64,000 nt of DNA from Acidobacteriota bacterium (GTDB lineage Bacteria > Acidobacteriota > Terriglobia > Terriglobales > Acidobacteriaceae): positions 44,475 through 108,474 of the forward strand of contig JAJYZC010000003.1 in NCBI GenBank assembly GCA_021800255.1. The letters run 5' to 3'. The notes beneath the pieces are model-generated. The model was not told the origin of the DNA. It worked only from the letters and a program-made list of their open reading frames with translations, and did not search any database. Shown here in pieces: positions 1 to 11,343 of this stretch. A program made the position numbers and the translations under genes. Every line of letters starts with the position of its first letter. Position 1 is the stretch's first letter.

Positions 1-119
1 GATTTCGCGCTGGCCGCCGCATTCACTTTGCGATCTCCAGAGGCAGACCGCTGGAGTCTATGCTTCCCTGCCCCGCCACGATAAGCTAGAACCCAGGAGT
101 TAGCAGCGAACAGCCAACC

Positions 120-1268
120 ATGTCCCCATACAAGTACTCGACACTGGCCGTCCACGCGGGGCAGCACCCCGACCCCCAAACGGGGGCGGTGAATGTGCCC
201 GTATACCTTTCCTCTACCTTTGAACTGACCGGCATCGGCAGCGACCGGGGCTGGGACTACTCGCGCGCCGGCAACCCCACGCGGGACCGGCTGGAGACGG
301 CGCTGGCGGCGCTCGAAGGCGGATTCTGCGGTCACGCCTTTGCGAGCGGGATGGCGGCCATTCATGCGCTGGTGACGCCGCTGCGCGCCGGCGACCACGT
401 GCTCTGCTCGCACAACGTGTACGCGGGTACGGTGCGCCTGTTCAACCAGTTTGTGCGCCAGTACGGAATCGACATCGAGTACGTGGACACGAGCAAGCCC
501 GAGGCCGTGGCGGCGGCCATGCGGCCGGCTACCAGGCTGGTGCACGTGGAGACACCGAGCAACCCGGCCATGGTGCTGAGCGACATCCGCGCCATCAGCG
601 AGATCGCCCACGCCCAAGGGGCGGAGGTGAGCGTGGACAACACCTTTATGTCGCCGGTGCTGCAACGGCCGCTGGAGCTGGGCGCGGATATTGTGATGCA
701 CTCGACGACCAAGTACCTGAACGGCCACTCGGACGGGATCGGCGGGGCGCTCGTCGGGTCGAAGCCGGAGCACAAGGAGCGGTACTTGCTCGTCCAAAAG
801 TCGGCGGGGGCGATTCTGTCTCCCTTCGAGTGCTACCTGGTGCTGCGCGGCATCAAAACCATGCCGCTGAGGATCAAGCAGCACGAGGAGAACGGGCGCG
901 CGGTGGCGGAGTTCCTTTCCACCCACCCCAAGGTGCAGCGCCTCGCCTATCCAGGGCTGAAGAGCCATCCGCAACACGAGCTGGCGGTGCGGCAGCAAAA
1001 GGGCTTCGGGTCGATGCTGAGTTTCGACGTGGGATCGCGCGCGGCGGCGGGGCGGTTCCTGGGCGCGCTGAAGATCTTCATCAATGCCGAATCGCTGGGC
1101 GGCGTGGAGTCGCTTGCGTCTCACTCGGCGACCACCACCCACGCGGCGCTCAGCGACGCGGAACGGGCGGCGGCGGGGATCACTGACGGCATGATCCGGC
1201 TGTCGGTCGGCATCGAGGACAAAGAAGACCTGATCGCGGATTTGGAGCAGGGGATGAAGGCGATCTGA
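120..1268 (+). CDS. PLP-dependent Cys/Met metabolism enzyme (cystathionine gamma-synthase/lyase family)
   Basis: [27 protein letters not shown] and PLP-lysine motif [12 protein letters not shown]. Confidence 0.92.
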   Translation: MSPYKYSTLAVHAGQHPDPQTGAVNVPVYLSSTFELTGIGSDRGWDYSRAGNPTRDRLETALAALEGGFCGHAFASGMAAIHALVTPLRAGDHVLCSHNVYAGTVRLFNQFVRQYGIDIEYVDTSKPEAVAAAMRPATRLVHVETPSNPAMVLSDIRAISEIAHAQGAEVSVDNTFMSPVLQRPLELGADIVMHSTTKYLNGHSDGIGGALVGSKPEHKERYLLVQKSAGAILSPFECYLVLRGIKTMPLRIKQHEENGRAVAEFLSTHPKVQRLAYPGLKSHPQHELAVRQQKGFGSMLSFDVGSRAAAGRFLGALKIFINAESLGGVESLASHSATTTHAALSDAERAAAGITDGMIRLSVGIEDKEDLIADLEQGMKAI

Positions 1269-1277
1269 TGAGAGACG

Positions 1278-1973
1278 ATGGCGGACTCTAAGCTGTTGCT
1301 CGGCATCGATACCTGCGGGCCAACGGGGTCAGCGGCGCTGGGGCGGCTGAGCGGCCCGCATCCTGAGATTGCCGTGGAGATTCTTGGGCAGATGGAGCTG
1401 GCGGGGCGTAGCTATTCTGCGACGCTGGTGGCGGCGGTGGGCGATCTGCTGGCCCAGGCCGGGACGCGGCTGAATCTGCTCCATGCCATCGTGGCCGTGA
1501 ACGGGCCGGGCAGCTTTACCGGGGTGCGGGTGGGGCTGAGCGCGGTGAAGGGATTGGCGGAGGGCGCGGGGATTCCGGTTGTGGCCGTTTCGCGCCTCGA
1601 AGTGCTGGCGCAGGCTGCGGGAGTTCCTAGCGCGGCTCTCGACGCCCATCGGAACGAGATCTTTCTCCGGCTGGGGGAGCCATCGGGCGCGGCGCAGGAG
1701 ATGTTGGCCGGGGCGGCCGAGCTGGCCGCCACTCCGCCTCCGCCGCGCGTGGCTGTTTGCGACCAGGGCGCGGCTCAGTTACTCAAGCTGGTTTGGCCGG
1801 CCGCAGAGTTGGTCGAAGTTGCCGCGCCCACTGCCGCCGATGCGCTGCGGCTCTGCGCGGGGAGGGTGGGGCGCGGGGAGTTTGTGGACCTGGCGCAGAT
1901 GGATGGCCACTATCTGCGCCGCTCCGATGCGGAGATCTTCGGCGCTGCGGCCGCCGGGACACAGCGCCCATGA
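1278..1973 (+). CDS. tsaB: tRNA threonylcarbamoyladenosine biosynthesis protein TsaB
   Basis: LLGIDT N-terminus, GPGSFTGVRVG motif, upstream of rimI. Confidence 0.92.
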   Translation: MADSKLLLGIDTCGPTGSAALGRLSGPHPEIAVEILGQMELAGRSYSATLVAAVGDLLAQAGTRLNLLHAIVAVNGPGSFTGVRVGLSAVKGLAEGAGIPVVAVSRLEVLAQAAGVPSAALDAHRNEIFLRLGEPSGAAQEMLAGAAELAATPPPPRVAVCDQGAAQLLKLVWPAAELVEVAAPTAADALRLCAGRVGRGEFVDLAQMDGHYLRRSDAEIFGAAAAGTQRP

Positions 1974-2446
1974 ACTCTTTTGCCGCCCAGGCAGTCATTC
2001 GGCGCATGAGCGCGGCCGATGTGGAGGACGCAGTGGCACTGGCGGCCAGCCTGAAGGACGCGCCGCATTGGCCGCGGACGGTTTATCTAGGAGCCTTGAA
2101 TCCGGCTTCCGTGCCGCGGAGGATCGCGCTGGTTGCCGTGAGTGCGGCGTCCGGTTCCGTAGCCGGCTTCGCGGTGGCCTGCCTGCTGCTGCCGCAGGCC
2201 GAACTGGAGACGATTGCAGTGGCTCGCGAACGGCAGCGCCAAGGCGTAGGCCGCCGGCTATGGGGCGCGATGGCGCGGGAGCTGGAGCGGGCGGGGGTTC
2301 GGCAGGCGCGACTCGAGGTGCGCTCCTCGAACCTGGCGGCGCTGGGGCTATACCAGACCCTGGGCTTCAGGGAGACCGGCCGCCGTCCGCGCTATTACAC
2401 AGATCCTGTTGAGGATGCGGTGCTAATGGATTTGCGGCTCGGGTAG
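1970..2446 (+). CDS. rimI: Ribosomal-protein-alanine N-acetyltransferase (GNAT)
   Basis: ELETIAV...RQGVG, LEVRSSN, RPRYY..PVEDA motifs; ATG 1970 overlaps the tsaB stop (ATGA), so the longer ORF from 1757 is an over-extension. Confidence 0.88.
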   Translation: MNSFAAQAVIRRMSAADVEDAVALAASLKDAPHWPRTVYLGALNPASVPRRIALVAVSAASGSVAGFAVACLLLPQAELETIAVARERQRQGVGRRLWGAMARELERAGVRQARLEVRSSNLAALGLYQTLGFRETGRRPRYYTDPVEDAVLMDLRLG

Positions 2447-2696
2447 AGTGGTCCCCGGGTCCTTAAAGGGGGAGCTGGGGCGCACAGCCGCCGCGGTCTT
2501 ACCAGGCTACGCCGCCGAATACCTTTCGGGTTACAGCCGCGCGCGGGGAGGATTGGAGGCGAAAATCCACAGGGCTGGCGGCTTTCGCCGTTTGCCCTCT
2601 TGCAGTTTGCACGGGAACAGCGATATATGTAAATGTTCTCTTGTAAGCGTGAGGTCTGCTCCACAAACAAAAGGATTGCCGGACCGGAGGTGCCTG

Positions 2697-2906
2697 ATGG
2701 ATGAAGTACAGGATGCCACGCTGGGCGAAGAAATCGATCGCCTGCACGCCGAACATCGGCGCTACGCTCAGCGGTTGGAAGAATTGCTTCGGAAACCCTA
2801 TCTCACAGAAGACGAACAACTCGAAGAAGTGCGCCTGAAAAAACTAAAGCTGCACGCCAAAGACCTGATCTTTGCTCTGGAGCGCCGGTCGCCCGCAGTC
2901 GCGTAA
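2697..2906 (+). CDS. DUF465/YdcH-family small coiled-coil protein
   Basis: GGAGG RBS at 2686-2690; EEVRLKKLKLHAKD motif. Confidence 0.75.
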   Translation: MDEVQDATLGEEIDRLHAEHRRYAQRLEELLRKPYLTEDEQLEEVRLKKLKLHAKDLIFALERRSPAVA

Positions 2907-3033
2907 GGTCTGCGGCTGGCGAACGTGGGCGCAAATTGCCGTGGGCGGGCCGAAGAAGGGTATTGTGTGCGCCCGATGCGGTTCGGCACGAGGCGAGAGG
3001 AATTTTGCGCAGCCGGGAATAACCGTATAATCG

Positions 3034-3756
3034 TTGGGGACGATGGTTCGTGACGGTTACATCTACGGTTCGAGCCTGCTGGCGGTTGCGGCAATGCTGA
3101 AATGGGCCACAGGCGGGTGGGGATGGGCTGTTGCGCCCCTCGCGCTGGCGCTGTTTTTTCTATGGTTTTTCCGCGACCCTCCCCGGGCGGTTCCTGCCGG
3201 CGAGGGATTGATCGTCTCGCCAGGAGACGGTTTGGTCACCGAGGCGGCCACTGTGACAACGCCCGAGGGGCCGCGGCGGAGAATCAGTATCTTCCTCAGC
3301 GTTTTTGATGTACATGTGAATCGCGCACCCATTGGCGGTGTGATCGGCCGGGTGCGCTACCGGAGGGGCGCGTTTTTGAACGCCATGAATCCGGCATCGG
3401 CTGACCGCAACGAACAGAATGTGGTCACGGTACGCGGCGAGGGCAAGGACCAAGGGATTGAAGTGACCTTCAAGCAGATCGCCGGGCTGCTGGCCCGGCG
3501 CATTGTCTTCGACTGTGCGGAGGGCGACCGGGTGGCGCGGGGCCAGCGGGTGGGGATCATCAAATTCGGCTCGCGGGTGGATGTGCTTTTGCCTGCCGAG
3601 GCAGTTTTGCAGGTGCAGGTTGGCGAGCGGGTGAGGGGCGGCGCCAGTGTGCTGGCAGCGATGCCGCGGGCGGCGGCGGCGCTGGCGGTGACGGCCCTGG
3701 ACGGAGCGGCCGGAGCCGGGGAGATGGCCGGCGCGCTCCATGGAGTACGCGCGTGA
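3034..3756 (+). CDS. psd: Phosphatidylserine decarboxylase proenzyme
   Basis: [33 protein letters not shown] self-cleavage motif. Confidence 0.93.
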   Translation: MGTMVRDGYIYGSSLLAVAAMLKWATGGWGWAVAPLALALFFLWFFRDPPRAVPAGEGLIVSPGDGLVTEAATVTTPEGPRRRISIFLSVFDVHVNRAPIGGVIGRVRYRRGAFLNAMNPASADRNEQNVVTVRGEGKDQGIEVTFKQIAGLLARRIVFDCAEGDRVARGQRVGIIKFGSRVDVLLPAEAVLQVQVGERVRGGASVLAAMPRAAAALAVTALDGAAGAGEMAGALHGVRA

Positions 3757-4688
3757 TTGCCCAGGCTAGGGTCCGGCGCGAAGGCAGAGTGCATCCCCAT
3801 CCGCGGCGCGGCATGTTTCTGCTGCCGTCGCTGTTTACCGCGGGGACGATGGCCCTGGGCTATTACTCGATCACACAGACCATCGCGGCGCTGAGCGGCA
3901 GCGCGCAAACTCACCTGGATTGGGCAGCCATCGCCATTCTGATCGCCATCCCCTTTGACGCGCTCGACGGGCGCATCGCACGCATGACCAACACCGCCAG
4001 CGCCTTCGGCAAGGAGTTGGATTCGCTGGCCGATGTAATTGCTTTTGGCGCGGCGCCCAGCCTGCTCTCCTTTGCCTGGGGCTTTCATTTTCTGCCGTTA
4101 TCGGTCAATCCGCACCTGCGGGAACATCTATTGCAGGCCGGCGCTTTCATCTGCTTCCTGTTTCTGCTCAGCGGAGCGTCGCGGCTGGCGCGGTTCAACA
4201 TCAGCCAGGACGCGCAGCCGCGCAATCCCGGACGGCCGGGACACAAGTATTTTGTGGGCATGCCGATTCCGGCAGGAGCGGGGCTGCTGGCCGCCACCGT
4301 CCACTTTTTCTACGGGATTCCCGTTTTCTCCTGGTGGATCTCGCTTCCGTGGCTGGTATTGGTGGGGCTGTGCGCATTTTTGATGGTGAGCACATGGCGG
4401 TTCTGGTCGGCGAAGGAGATCAATCTCTCCCGGCGGCATCCCTTCCAACTGCTGGTTCTGCTTGCGCTTGTGGCCTACATCATGCTCCGCTACTCGAACG
4501 TTATGCTTTTTCTGGCCGCTCTGGTCTATATGTTTTCGGGCATCTGGGCGCGCACGGCCTACTCGTGGTCGCGGCGCAGGCGCAGGCGGGCGGCGGAAGC
4601 GGAGCCTCCGGTCGAGTCTGAACTCGAGTCCGAAATGGGGGACGAGCCGCATTCGCTCGCCCATCATGGCTCCTTCGATCTGCGCTGA
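3753..4688 (+). CDS. pssA: CDP-diacylglycerol--serine O-phosphatidyltransferase
   Basis: DALDGRIAR...[17 protein letters not shown]-alcohol motif; coupled to psd. Confidence 0.9.
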   Translation: MIAQARVRREGRVHPHPRRGMFLLPSLFTAGTMALGYYSITQTIAALSGSAQTHLDWAAIAILIAIPFDALDGRIARMTNTASAFGKELDSLADVIAFGAAPSLLSFAWGFHFLPLSVNPHLREHLLQAGAFICFLFLLSGASRLARFNISQDAQPRNPGRPGHKYFVGMPIPAGAGLLAATVHFFYGIPVFSWWISLPWLVLVGLCAFLMVSTWRFWSAKEINLSRRHPFQLLVLLALVAYIMLRYSNVMLFLAALVYMFSGIWARTAYSWSRRRRRRAAEAEPPVESELESEMGDEPHSLAHHGSFDLR

Positions 4689-4703
4689 AAGAAAAGGACG
4701 TCC

Positions 4704-5729
4704 GTGTACAAGATTGCCATTGTGGGAGCCTCAACGCTCATCGGCCGTGAGCTGAAGGATGCGCTGGCGGAGTCGGCGCTGGCGACGGCCAGCTTTGTCC
4801 TGCTCGACGAAGAAGACGCCCAGGGGCAGTTGGATCAGGTAGGCGACGAAGCTACTTTTATTCAGGCCATCCATGCGGAGGCCTTCGAACACGCCGACTT
4901 TGCCTTTTTCTGCGGCACCGAAGAGATGACGCGCCACTACTGGCGGCAGGCGCTGGAAGCTGGTTCCACGGTGCTTGATCTCTCGGCCGCACTGGACCAG
5001 GAGACGGGAGTGCTGGTGCGCGCCCCATGGTTGGGTGCAGAGACGGCGGCTGTAGACCTGTTCACACCGGCGGTGGTTCCAGCTCACCCCGCGGCGGTGG
5101 CGCTGGCCCTCCTGCTGGAGCGGTTGCAACTGGCTGCCCCAGTGCGCTTTGCCGCCGCCACGGTGGTTGAGCCGGCCAGCGAGTTTGGACGCGCCGCGAT
5201 GGATGAGCTGCATCAGCAGACGGTGAACCTGCTGAGCTTTCAGCAACTACCGCGCGCCATCTACGACGCGCAGGCAGCCTACAACCTGCTAAGCGGCCTG
5301 GGCGAAAGCGCAGCCGTCAGCCTGAACGCGCAGGAGGCGCGGATTCGCCGCCATTATGATCTGCTGACGGAAGGGCGCGGGCCTGCACTGGCGCTGCAGG
5401 TGATTCATGCGCCCGTTTTTCACGGCCACGCCTTCTCCATTGCCGTAGAGATGGAACGTACAGTAGAGATCACCGCTCTTGAAGAGGCGCTGAGCGGCGG
5501 ACACATCGATCTGGTGCTCGAAGACACGGACTCGCCCTCGAATCTGGCCGCCACCGGACAAAATGACGTGCTGGTTCGCCTGCGGACGGAAAAATCCACT
5601 CGCGGCGCGGGTGCAGCTACGCGGTTGTGGCTGTGGGCGGCCTCAGACAATCTGCGGCTGAACGCGCAGAACGCCGTCCAGTGCGCGCTCGATCTGCGCC
5701 GCATTCGCCCGCAAGGAGCGGTGCAGTAG
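4704..5729 (+). CDS. Aspartate-semialdehyde dehydrogenase-like (Asd/ArgC/Usg family) protein lacking the catalytic Cys
   Basis: KIAIVGAS start, QxxxLL, APVFHGH, WAASDNLR..AQNAV are Asd-like; the NPNC motif reads AHPAA. Confidence 0.8.
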   Translation: MYKIAIVGASTLIGRELKDALAESALATASFVLLDEEDAQGQLDQVGDEATFIQAIHAEAFEHADFAFFCGTEEMTRHYWRQALEAGSTVLDLSAALDQETGVLVRAPWLGAETAAVDLFTPAVVPAHPAAVALALLLERLQLAAPVRFAAATVVEPASEFGRAAMDELHQQTVNLLSFQQLPRAIYDAQAAYNLLSGLGESAAVSLNAQEARIRRHYDLLTEGRGPALALQVIHAPVFHGHAFSIAVEMERTVEITALEEALSGGHIDLVLEDTDSPSNLAATGQNDVLVRLRTEKSTRGAGAATRLWLWAASDNLRLNAQNAVQCALDLRRIRPQGAVQ

Positions 5730-5813
5730 TTTCATATCCCTTCAGCCGTAGCCACCTTATTTCCCTTTTGCGCTGGAGCATCGAATTTCCGCCCATGAAA
5801 TGAGCCGGGCGCC

Positions 5814-6989
5814 TCAAACGTTTTGCCGATTGCAGCAGCGATCCCAAAGTTGCTCGATGTAGCTGTCGGTCATGCCGGCGATGTAATCGGCGACGGTGCG
5901 GGCGAGGCCCTGGGTGGGAATCTGCGCCTGGTGGTCCGCCGGCAGCAGGGTGGGATCGGCCATGAATGCGGCAAAGAGCTCCAAAACGACTTGCCCAGCA
6001 TGGGCGTGGACCTCTTCCATTCCCGGTGAGTTGTAAAGGTTGGCGTAGAGAAACGCCTTGGCCTCGACGCGGGCGGATTCCATCTCCGGACTGAGGGCAG
6101 CGAGCCGTTGCGGGGCGCGGCGGATTTCGGCCAGCGTGGCGGCGCCGAGGGCTTTTACGCGAATCCGCACTTCGTTCATCAGGTCTGTGACCAGAGCGTT
6201 GAGCATATTGCGGAGGGTCTCGTAGACAACCAGCCTGGGCGCGGCGGCGGGATAGTTCTGCAACGCGGCGTCATGAAAGCCGCGGAAGAGCGGGATGGCG
6301 GCGCGGACCTCGGCGAGGGTGAGGATGCCGGAGTCGAGGCCATCGTCGAGGTCGGAGGTGAGATAGGCGATCTCGTCGGCCAGATCGATGAGTTGGGCTT
6401 CGAGGGGCGGAAATTCGTCGAGGAAGTACTCCGCCAGCTCGGGATGGGATGCGGCAGAGTAGTCGCGGGAGTGTTTGACGATGCCCTCGCGGAGGGCAAG
6501 GGTCAGGTTGAGGCCACGAAAGGCGGGATAACGCTCCTCGAACCAGGTGACAATGCGCAGGGCATGGAGGTTGTGGTCGAAGCTCAGGCCGTGGGCCTGG
6601 AGGGCGCGGTCGAGGGCCTTTTCGCCGGCGTGGCCGAAGGGGGGGTGACCGATGTCGTGGGCCAGCGCCAGGGCCTCAGCCAGCTCGACATTGAGGCCCA
6701 AGGCGCGGGCCAGGGTGCGGGAGATTTGCGCCACTTCGAGGGTGTGGGTGAGGCGGCTGCGAAAGTGATCGCCCGGAGGATCGGCGGGCAGGCGGGTAAA
6801 GACCTGGGTCTTGCCGGCCAGACGGCGAAAGGCGCGGGCGTGGAGGATGCGCGCGGCGTCGCGGGCGAAGGGAGAACGGTAAGGATGAGGCGGCTCAGGA
6901 TAGGCGCGGGCGGCGAGCTGGCTGTGCGCGTCTGCCGGGACGGCGATCCGCGCCGGCAAAATCCCGAGTAACCCGGAATTAGGGGCCAT
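5814..6989 (-). CDS. dgt: Deoxyguanosinetriphosphate triphosphohydrolase (HD-domain dNTPase)
   Basis: FRRLAGKTQVF, RSRLTHTLEV, AHDIGHPPFGHAGE, ADEIAY..DLDD, YIAGMTD. Confidence 0.92.
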   Translation of the reverse strand: MAPNSGLLGILPARIAVPADAHSQLAARAYPEPPHPYRSPFARDAARILHARAFRRLAGKTQVFTRLPADPPGDHFRSRLTHTLEVAQISRTLARALGLNVELAEALALAHDIGHPPFGHAGEKALDRALQAHGLSFDHNLHALRIVTWFEERYPAFRGLNLTLALREGIVKHSRDYSAASHPELAEYFLDEFPPLEAQLIDLADEIAYLTSDLDDGLDSGILTLAEVRAAIPLFRGFHDAALQNYPAAAPRLVVYETLRNMLNALVTDLMNEVRIRVKALGAATLAEIRRAPQRLAALSPEMESARVEAKAFLYANLYNSPGMEEVHAHAGQVVLELFAAFMADPTLLPADHQAQIPTQGLARTVADYIAGMTDSYIEQLWDRCCNRQNV

Positions 6990-9177
6990 CTTGCGGCTTG
7001 GGCTGACCGATCGCGCTGTCCTCTTTGGCCAGCTTTACGCGGGCGTTTTCGAGCGACTTCTGGACCTTGGCCACGTCGCCCGGCTCGATGTCAGCGGGGT
7101 CGGCCTTGGCGAACTCGGCGAGCGAGAGCTTCCACTGCGCCGCAGCCAAGCGGATGCGGCCCGTCTTCTCGTAGATGTCTCCCAGGTGCATGTGCAGCGT
7201 GGGATCGGTCTGGTCACGCGCGAGGGCCTGACGCTCGTTATCCTCAGCCAGATCGTACTGACCCATTTTGAAATAGGCCCATCCCAGGGAGTCGAGATAA
7301 GCGGCATTCGCCGGTTCGAGGCGGACGGCCTTGCGAATGTAGCCCAGGGCTTCGGGCAGTTTCATGCCCCGGTTGGCCAGCATGTAACCGAGGTAATTGA
7401 GGGTCATGGCGTTGGAGGGGTCCAAGGCCAGAGCCTGGTGGAAGAATTGCACCGCCGGCCCGATGTGCTTTTGCTGATCGGCCAACTCTCCGCGGAGAAA
7501 GAGCAGGTAGACGCGGTCTTGCTTTTTGGAGGCCAGAGCCTGGGCTTTATCCAGCGCCTGGCCGGCATCCTTCCAGCGTTTGAGGCGTATGTCCATTTGG
7601 GCGATGGTGAACCAGACGTTGAGATCGGCTGGGGTGTTGTTGAGCAGCCCTTTGGCGAGCGCGAAACCCTCGGCGGATTGGCCCTGATCGGCCAGTTCCC
7701 CAGCCAGCATGAGCTTGAGATCGCGGTTTTTGGGGTTGGCGGCGACGGCTTGGCGGGAGACCTCGACAGCTTTGGCGAACTCGGTCGCGGTGCGGTAGGC
7801 GTCCACCTCATCCTGGTAGCCCTGGACGGCGCTGCTGCCGCCCATATCGATCATCCTCTGATAGTCGGCGATGGCTTTGCCGATTTGATTTTCCTCGATG
7901 TAGACGCTGCCCTGGCGGTCGAGGAAGATGCTGCGGTTGTGCTTTTCGTCGCTGGTGTAAGCGCCGTTGGCGTGGCTGAGGAGGTCGATCATGCTCTGAT
8001 AGGACTGAATGGCCTTGTCGAACTGGCCCAGGACATCGTAGAGCAAGCCTTCGTTGTATCCGGCTTCGAGCGAGGCAGGATCGATGGTCAGGGCTTTTTT
8101 AGCGGCCGCCAAGGCATCCTCATACTTGCCTTGACGGCGCAGAATCTCTGCGATATGGACGAGGACCTCACTGTTGTCTGGATCCGCATCGGCTAACCGC
8201 TGGTATTGTTTGAGGGCTTCGCCGAGCTGGCCGTTTTTGAGCAGGGCCTGGGCCAGAGCATCGGTGATGCGCAAGTTGCCGGGGGCCATATTGGAAGCGC
8301 TCTGATAGGCGGAGATGGCCTGCTCGGGCTGTTTCATCTGGTCATAGATGGCGCCCAGCGTGAACTCCATCTTCGGTGTGCGGTTGCCGGGAGGGACAGA
8401 TTCAATCACCTTGACGGCATGATCGAAATCCCCGCTCTCGGCGTAGAGGCGGGCGAGGTTCAGCACCACATCCTCGGAATCCGGCTGGATGGCCTGAGCG
8501 GACTCGAACTGCTCTTCCGCCTTTTGGGGCTGGTGCATGACCGTGTAGAGCTGGCCCAGAACCAAACGGTCCTCAACGTCGTTGGGCTGGAGGGCAACGA
8601 TCTTTTCGAATTCGGCGATCGCCTTGTCCAAGTAATTGCTGGAAGGCGAGGTAGACGGAGCGCCGCTCTGCTGCTCGCCGAGCTGGCGCAGATAGATGCG
8701 TCCCAGCAGCTTGTGCGCGTGAATATCGTTAGGATCGGTCTTGAGCAATGATTGCTCGATGGCGATGGCGTCCTGCGCACGGCCGGCGCGGAAGTAAAGG
8801 CCGGCGAGCTCGTTGTTCAACACCGCGGAGCTGGGATCGGCATCGAGCGCGTATTTGTACTCCTCGATGGCGCGGTTGAGGTCGCCCTGCGAGCCTTCAG
8901 AGAAGGCGTCTTCTTCATCGATGGCGGCCAGCGCGGCGTGATAGTAGGCTTTGGCGCGGTCAGCCTCCTGCGCAGCGGTTTCGGCGGGCACGGCTGCGGC
9001 GGGCGCGGATGCGGCAGGCGCGGGGCTGGGCGGCGTCTGGTGAACCTGCGCCGGAGTAGCCGGAGCGCCCATAATACCAGGAGCATTTTGGGCGCAGGCC
9101 AGCGCCACCGGCAGCAGGAGATAAGCGGCGGCGAGCGTGTACTTGGGGGACGGTAAATGCAGTCTTTTTCTCATCAT
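6979..9177 (-). CDS. Exported tetratricopeptide-repeat protein
   Basis: Signal peptide, many TPR units, C-terminal LNYLGY...YLDSLGW...HLGDIY motif. Confidence 0.85.
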   Translation of the reverse strand: MMRKRLHLPSPKYTLAAAYLLLPVALACAQNAPGIMGAPATPAQVHQTPPSPAPAASAPAAAVPAETAAQEADRAKAYYHAALAAIDEEDAFSEGSQGDLNRAIEEYKYALDADPSSAVLNNELAGLYFRAGRAQDAIAIEQSLLKTDPNDIHAHKLLGRIYLRQLGEQQSGAPSTSPSSNYLDKAIAEFEKIVALQPNDVEDRLVLGQLYTVMHQPQKAEEQFESAQAIQPDSEDVVLNLARLYAESGDFDHAVKVIESVPPGNRTPKMEFTLGAIYDQMKQPEQAISAYQSASNMAPGNLRITDALAQALLKNGQLGEALKQYQRLADADPDNSEVLVHIAEILRRQGKYEDALAAAKKALTIDPASLEAGYNEGLLYDVLGQFDKAIQSYQSMIDLLSHANGAYTSDEKHNRSIFLDRQGSVYIEENQIGKAIADYQRMIDMGGSSAVQGYQDEVDAYRTATEFAKAVEVSRQAVAANPKNRDLKLMLAGELADQGQSAEGFALAKGLLNNTPADLNVWFTIAQMDIRLKRWKDAGQALDKAQALASKKQDRVYLLFLRGELADQQKHIGPAVQFFHQALALDPSNAMTLNYLGYMLANRGMKLPEALGYIRKAVRLEPANAAYLDSLGWAYFKMGQYDLAEDNERQALARDQTDPTLHMHLGDIYEKTGRIRLAAAQWKLSLAEFAKADPADIEPGDVAKVQKSLENARVKLAKEDSAIGQPKPQDGP

Positions 9178-9466
9178 CAGGGGGATTCCACGCCATGCTC
9201 AGCTCTTCGGGCGGCTCAAAACCGCTCCGAAAGGCCCAAAGGCGGCGCGGGCAGCGATTCAGAAGCATCTCTACCCATTGCTAAAGACGATTTTACCTGC
9301 TAATGGTCGCAGATGCGCGCTGGGAGAAAAGATTTTTGGTCAGATCCAAATGAGACGGCGCGCGCAAGGCACGCGCGCCAGAGGCGAGAAAGCCGGTGAT
9401 GATAGCGCGGCTGACGGCGCTCCAGCCCGTATGCGAATCCATGGCGGGCGGGATTCAGGACGAGAA

Positions 9467-11068
9467 TCAGTGCCGGAAGTGACGGATTCCGGTGAAGACC
9501 ATAGCGACGCCGAGTTGGTCAGCGGCAGCAATCACCTCCTGATCGCGCACCGATCCGCCGGGTTGGATGACCGCAGTGGCGCCGGCCTGGACCACGGCTT
9601 CAAGGCCGTCGGGAAACGGAAAGAAGGCATCAGAAGCGGCAACGCAGCCGGCGAGCGGCAACGCCGCCTTCATGGCGCCGAAGCGGGCGGCGTCTACGCG
9701 GCTCATCTGGCCGGCGCCGATGCCGAGGGTCTGACCGTCCTTGGCGTAAACGATGGCGTTGGACTTGACGTGCTTGCAGACGCGCCAGGCGAAAAGCAGA
9801 CTGCGCAGCTCCTCGGCGGTAGGTGGGCGCTTGGTGACCACCTTCAGCTCTGGGGCAGCGACACGTCCGGTGTCGGCGTCCTGGAGCAGCAATCCGCCGG
9901 AGACGTGCTTGAGGACGGAACGCGGCGGAGCAGGTTGAACTTCGACCAGACGCAGATTTTTCTTAGCGGCAAAGCAAGCCAGGGCTCCGGCGCTGAAGGC
10001 CGGTGCGGCAATGGCTTCGACAAAGAGCTTGGCAATCTCTTCGGCGGCGGCGGCATCCACTTCGCGGTTGATGCCGATGACCGAGCCGAAGGCCGAGACC
10101 GGGTCGCAGGCCAGGGCTTTTTGATAGGCGTCGAGGAGATTGGCGCCGGTGGCCGCTCCGCAGGGATTGGTGTGCTTGACGATGATGACGGCAGGCTCTT
10201 CAAATTCCTGAACCAACTCCCAGCAGGCGTCCAGATCGACGAGGTTGTTGAAGCTGAGTTCCTTGCCCTGCAACTGTTTCGCGCCGGCCACGCCCAGGCC
10301 CGAGCCGTCCGCGTAGAGCGCGGCGCGCTGATGGGGGTTTTCGCCGTAACGGAGCGGCTGGGCGAGGGGAAGATTGACGCGCAGGGTGGTGGGGAACGCG
10401 CCCAAATCCGGTGCGGCGGGCGCGTCTGGGGCCGGGGCATTTTCGATCCGGTCGAGAATGTTGGCGATGGCCGCGTCGTAGGCGGCGGTAAGCGCGAAGG
10501 CCTGCCTGGCTAAGCGCCAGCGGGTTTCGCGGCTGAGCGCAGCGCCCTGGGAGCCTTTCATCTCTTGGATCAGAGCCGGGTAATCGGAGACGCGCGTGAC
10601 CACGGCCACGTCCTCAAAGTTTTTGGCCGCGGAGCGGACCATGGACGGCCCGCCGATGTCGATGTTTTCAATCAATCGCCCGAAGGCCACGCCGGACTGC
10701 GCGGCGGTTTTCTCGAAGGCGTAGAGATTGACGACCACCATATCGATAGACTGAATGCCGTGCGCGGCTACGGCAGCCTCGTGCTCAGGATTGCCGCGGA
10801 TGTAGAGCAAGCCGCCATGGACGCGCGGGTGAAGGGTTTTGACGCGGCCATCGAGCATCTCAGGAAAGCCGGTCAGGTCGCTGATGTCCTGGACCGCGAG
10901 GCCAGCCTCGCGGAGGGCGCGCGCCGTTCCGCCGGTTGAAATCAGCTCCACTCCGAAGCCCGCCAACACCTGGGCGAACTCCACCAAGCCGGTCTTATCG
11001 GTCACGCTGAGCAGGGCGCGCCGGATGCGTTTTTGGCCGCTTGGGGCTTGCTGCACGTGCGAACTCAC
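9467..11068 (-). CDS. purH: Bifunctional AICAR transformylase/IMP cyclohydrolase
   Basis: [54 protein letters not shown] end. Confidence 0.97.
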   Translation of the reverse strand: MSSHVQQAPSGQKRIRRALLSVTDKTGLVEFAQVLAGFGVELISTGGTARALREAGLAVQDISDLTGFPEMLDGRVKTLHPRVHGGLLYIRGNPEHEAAVAAHGIQSIDMVVVNLYAFEKTAAQSGVAFGRLIENIDIGGPSMVRSAAKNFEDVAVVTRVSDYPALIQEMKGSQGAALSRETRWRLARQAFALTAAYDAAIANILDRIENAPAPDAPAAPDLGAFPTTLRVNLPLAQPLRYGENPHQRAALYADGSGLGVAGAKQLQGKELSFNNLVDLDACWELVQEFEEPAVIIVKHTNPCGAATGANLLDAYQKALACDPVSAFGSVIGINREVDAAAAEEIAKLFVEAIAAPAFSAGALACFAAKKNLRLVEVQPAPPRSVLKHVSGGLLLQDADTGRVAAPELKVVTKRPPTAEELRSLLFAWRVCKHVKSNAIVYAKDGQTLGIGAGQMSRVDAARFGAMKAALPLAGCVAASDAFFPFPDGLEAVVQAGATAVIQPGGSVRDQEVIAAADQLGVAMVFTGIRHFRH

Positions 11069-11343
11069 AGTTTCGCTCCTTTCAAGAACATCTTTCTAAA
11101 TTTGGGCTTTGGCCCGGCCAGCCGCACAGCGACAAGCGCAGCGCACGAACCAATGTTCAGACTACAACCAGGGGCCGAAGCTGCGTGGGCAAAATCTCAC
11201 CGCATGTTGGTACGGTGTCCGGCGCCCATTCGCCGATCCACATGATTCTGTTTCCGCCCCAACACCGGACCAACAGGATCGGCGCCGGGACCGGATCGCG
11301 GGATCGAGGCGGCACAGGCCGTGGAATGCATTACAGTTAGGAC

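Noticed and set aside
1-119. Possible SAM riboswitch before the Cys/Met lyase gene
   Set aside because: Only a short CTCCAG/CTGGAG hairpin; SAM-I core motifs are not seen and the leader may be cut by the window edge.
1757-1969. Long N-terminal extension of RimI
   Set aside because: Overlaps tsaB and is low-complexity; the ATGA-coupled start at 1970 fits better.
5814-6989. dGTPase as an anti-phage nucleotide-depletion system
   Set aside because: Housekeeping context (purH, TPR gene), no defence neighbours, ordinary Dgt motifs.
9137-10513. 458-aa plus-strand ORF, and similar long antisense ORFs such as 6991-8196, 18199-18771 and 61329-62444
   Set aside because: Shadow frames of well-supported genes in high-GC DNA; no recognisable motifs.
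11069-11343. ZTP (pfl) riboswitch upstream of purH
   Set aside because: The conserved GACUGGCG and CGCCUGGG elements were not found on the minus strand.
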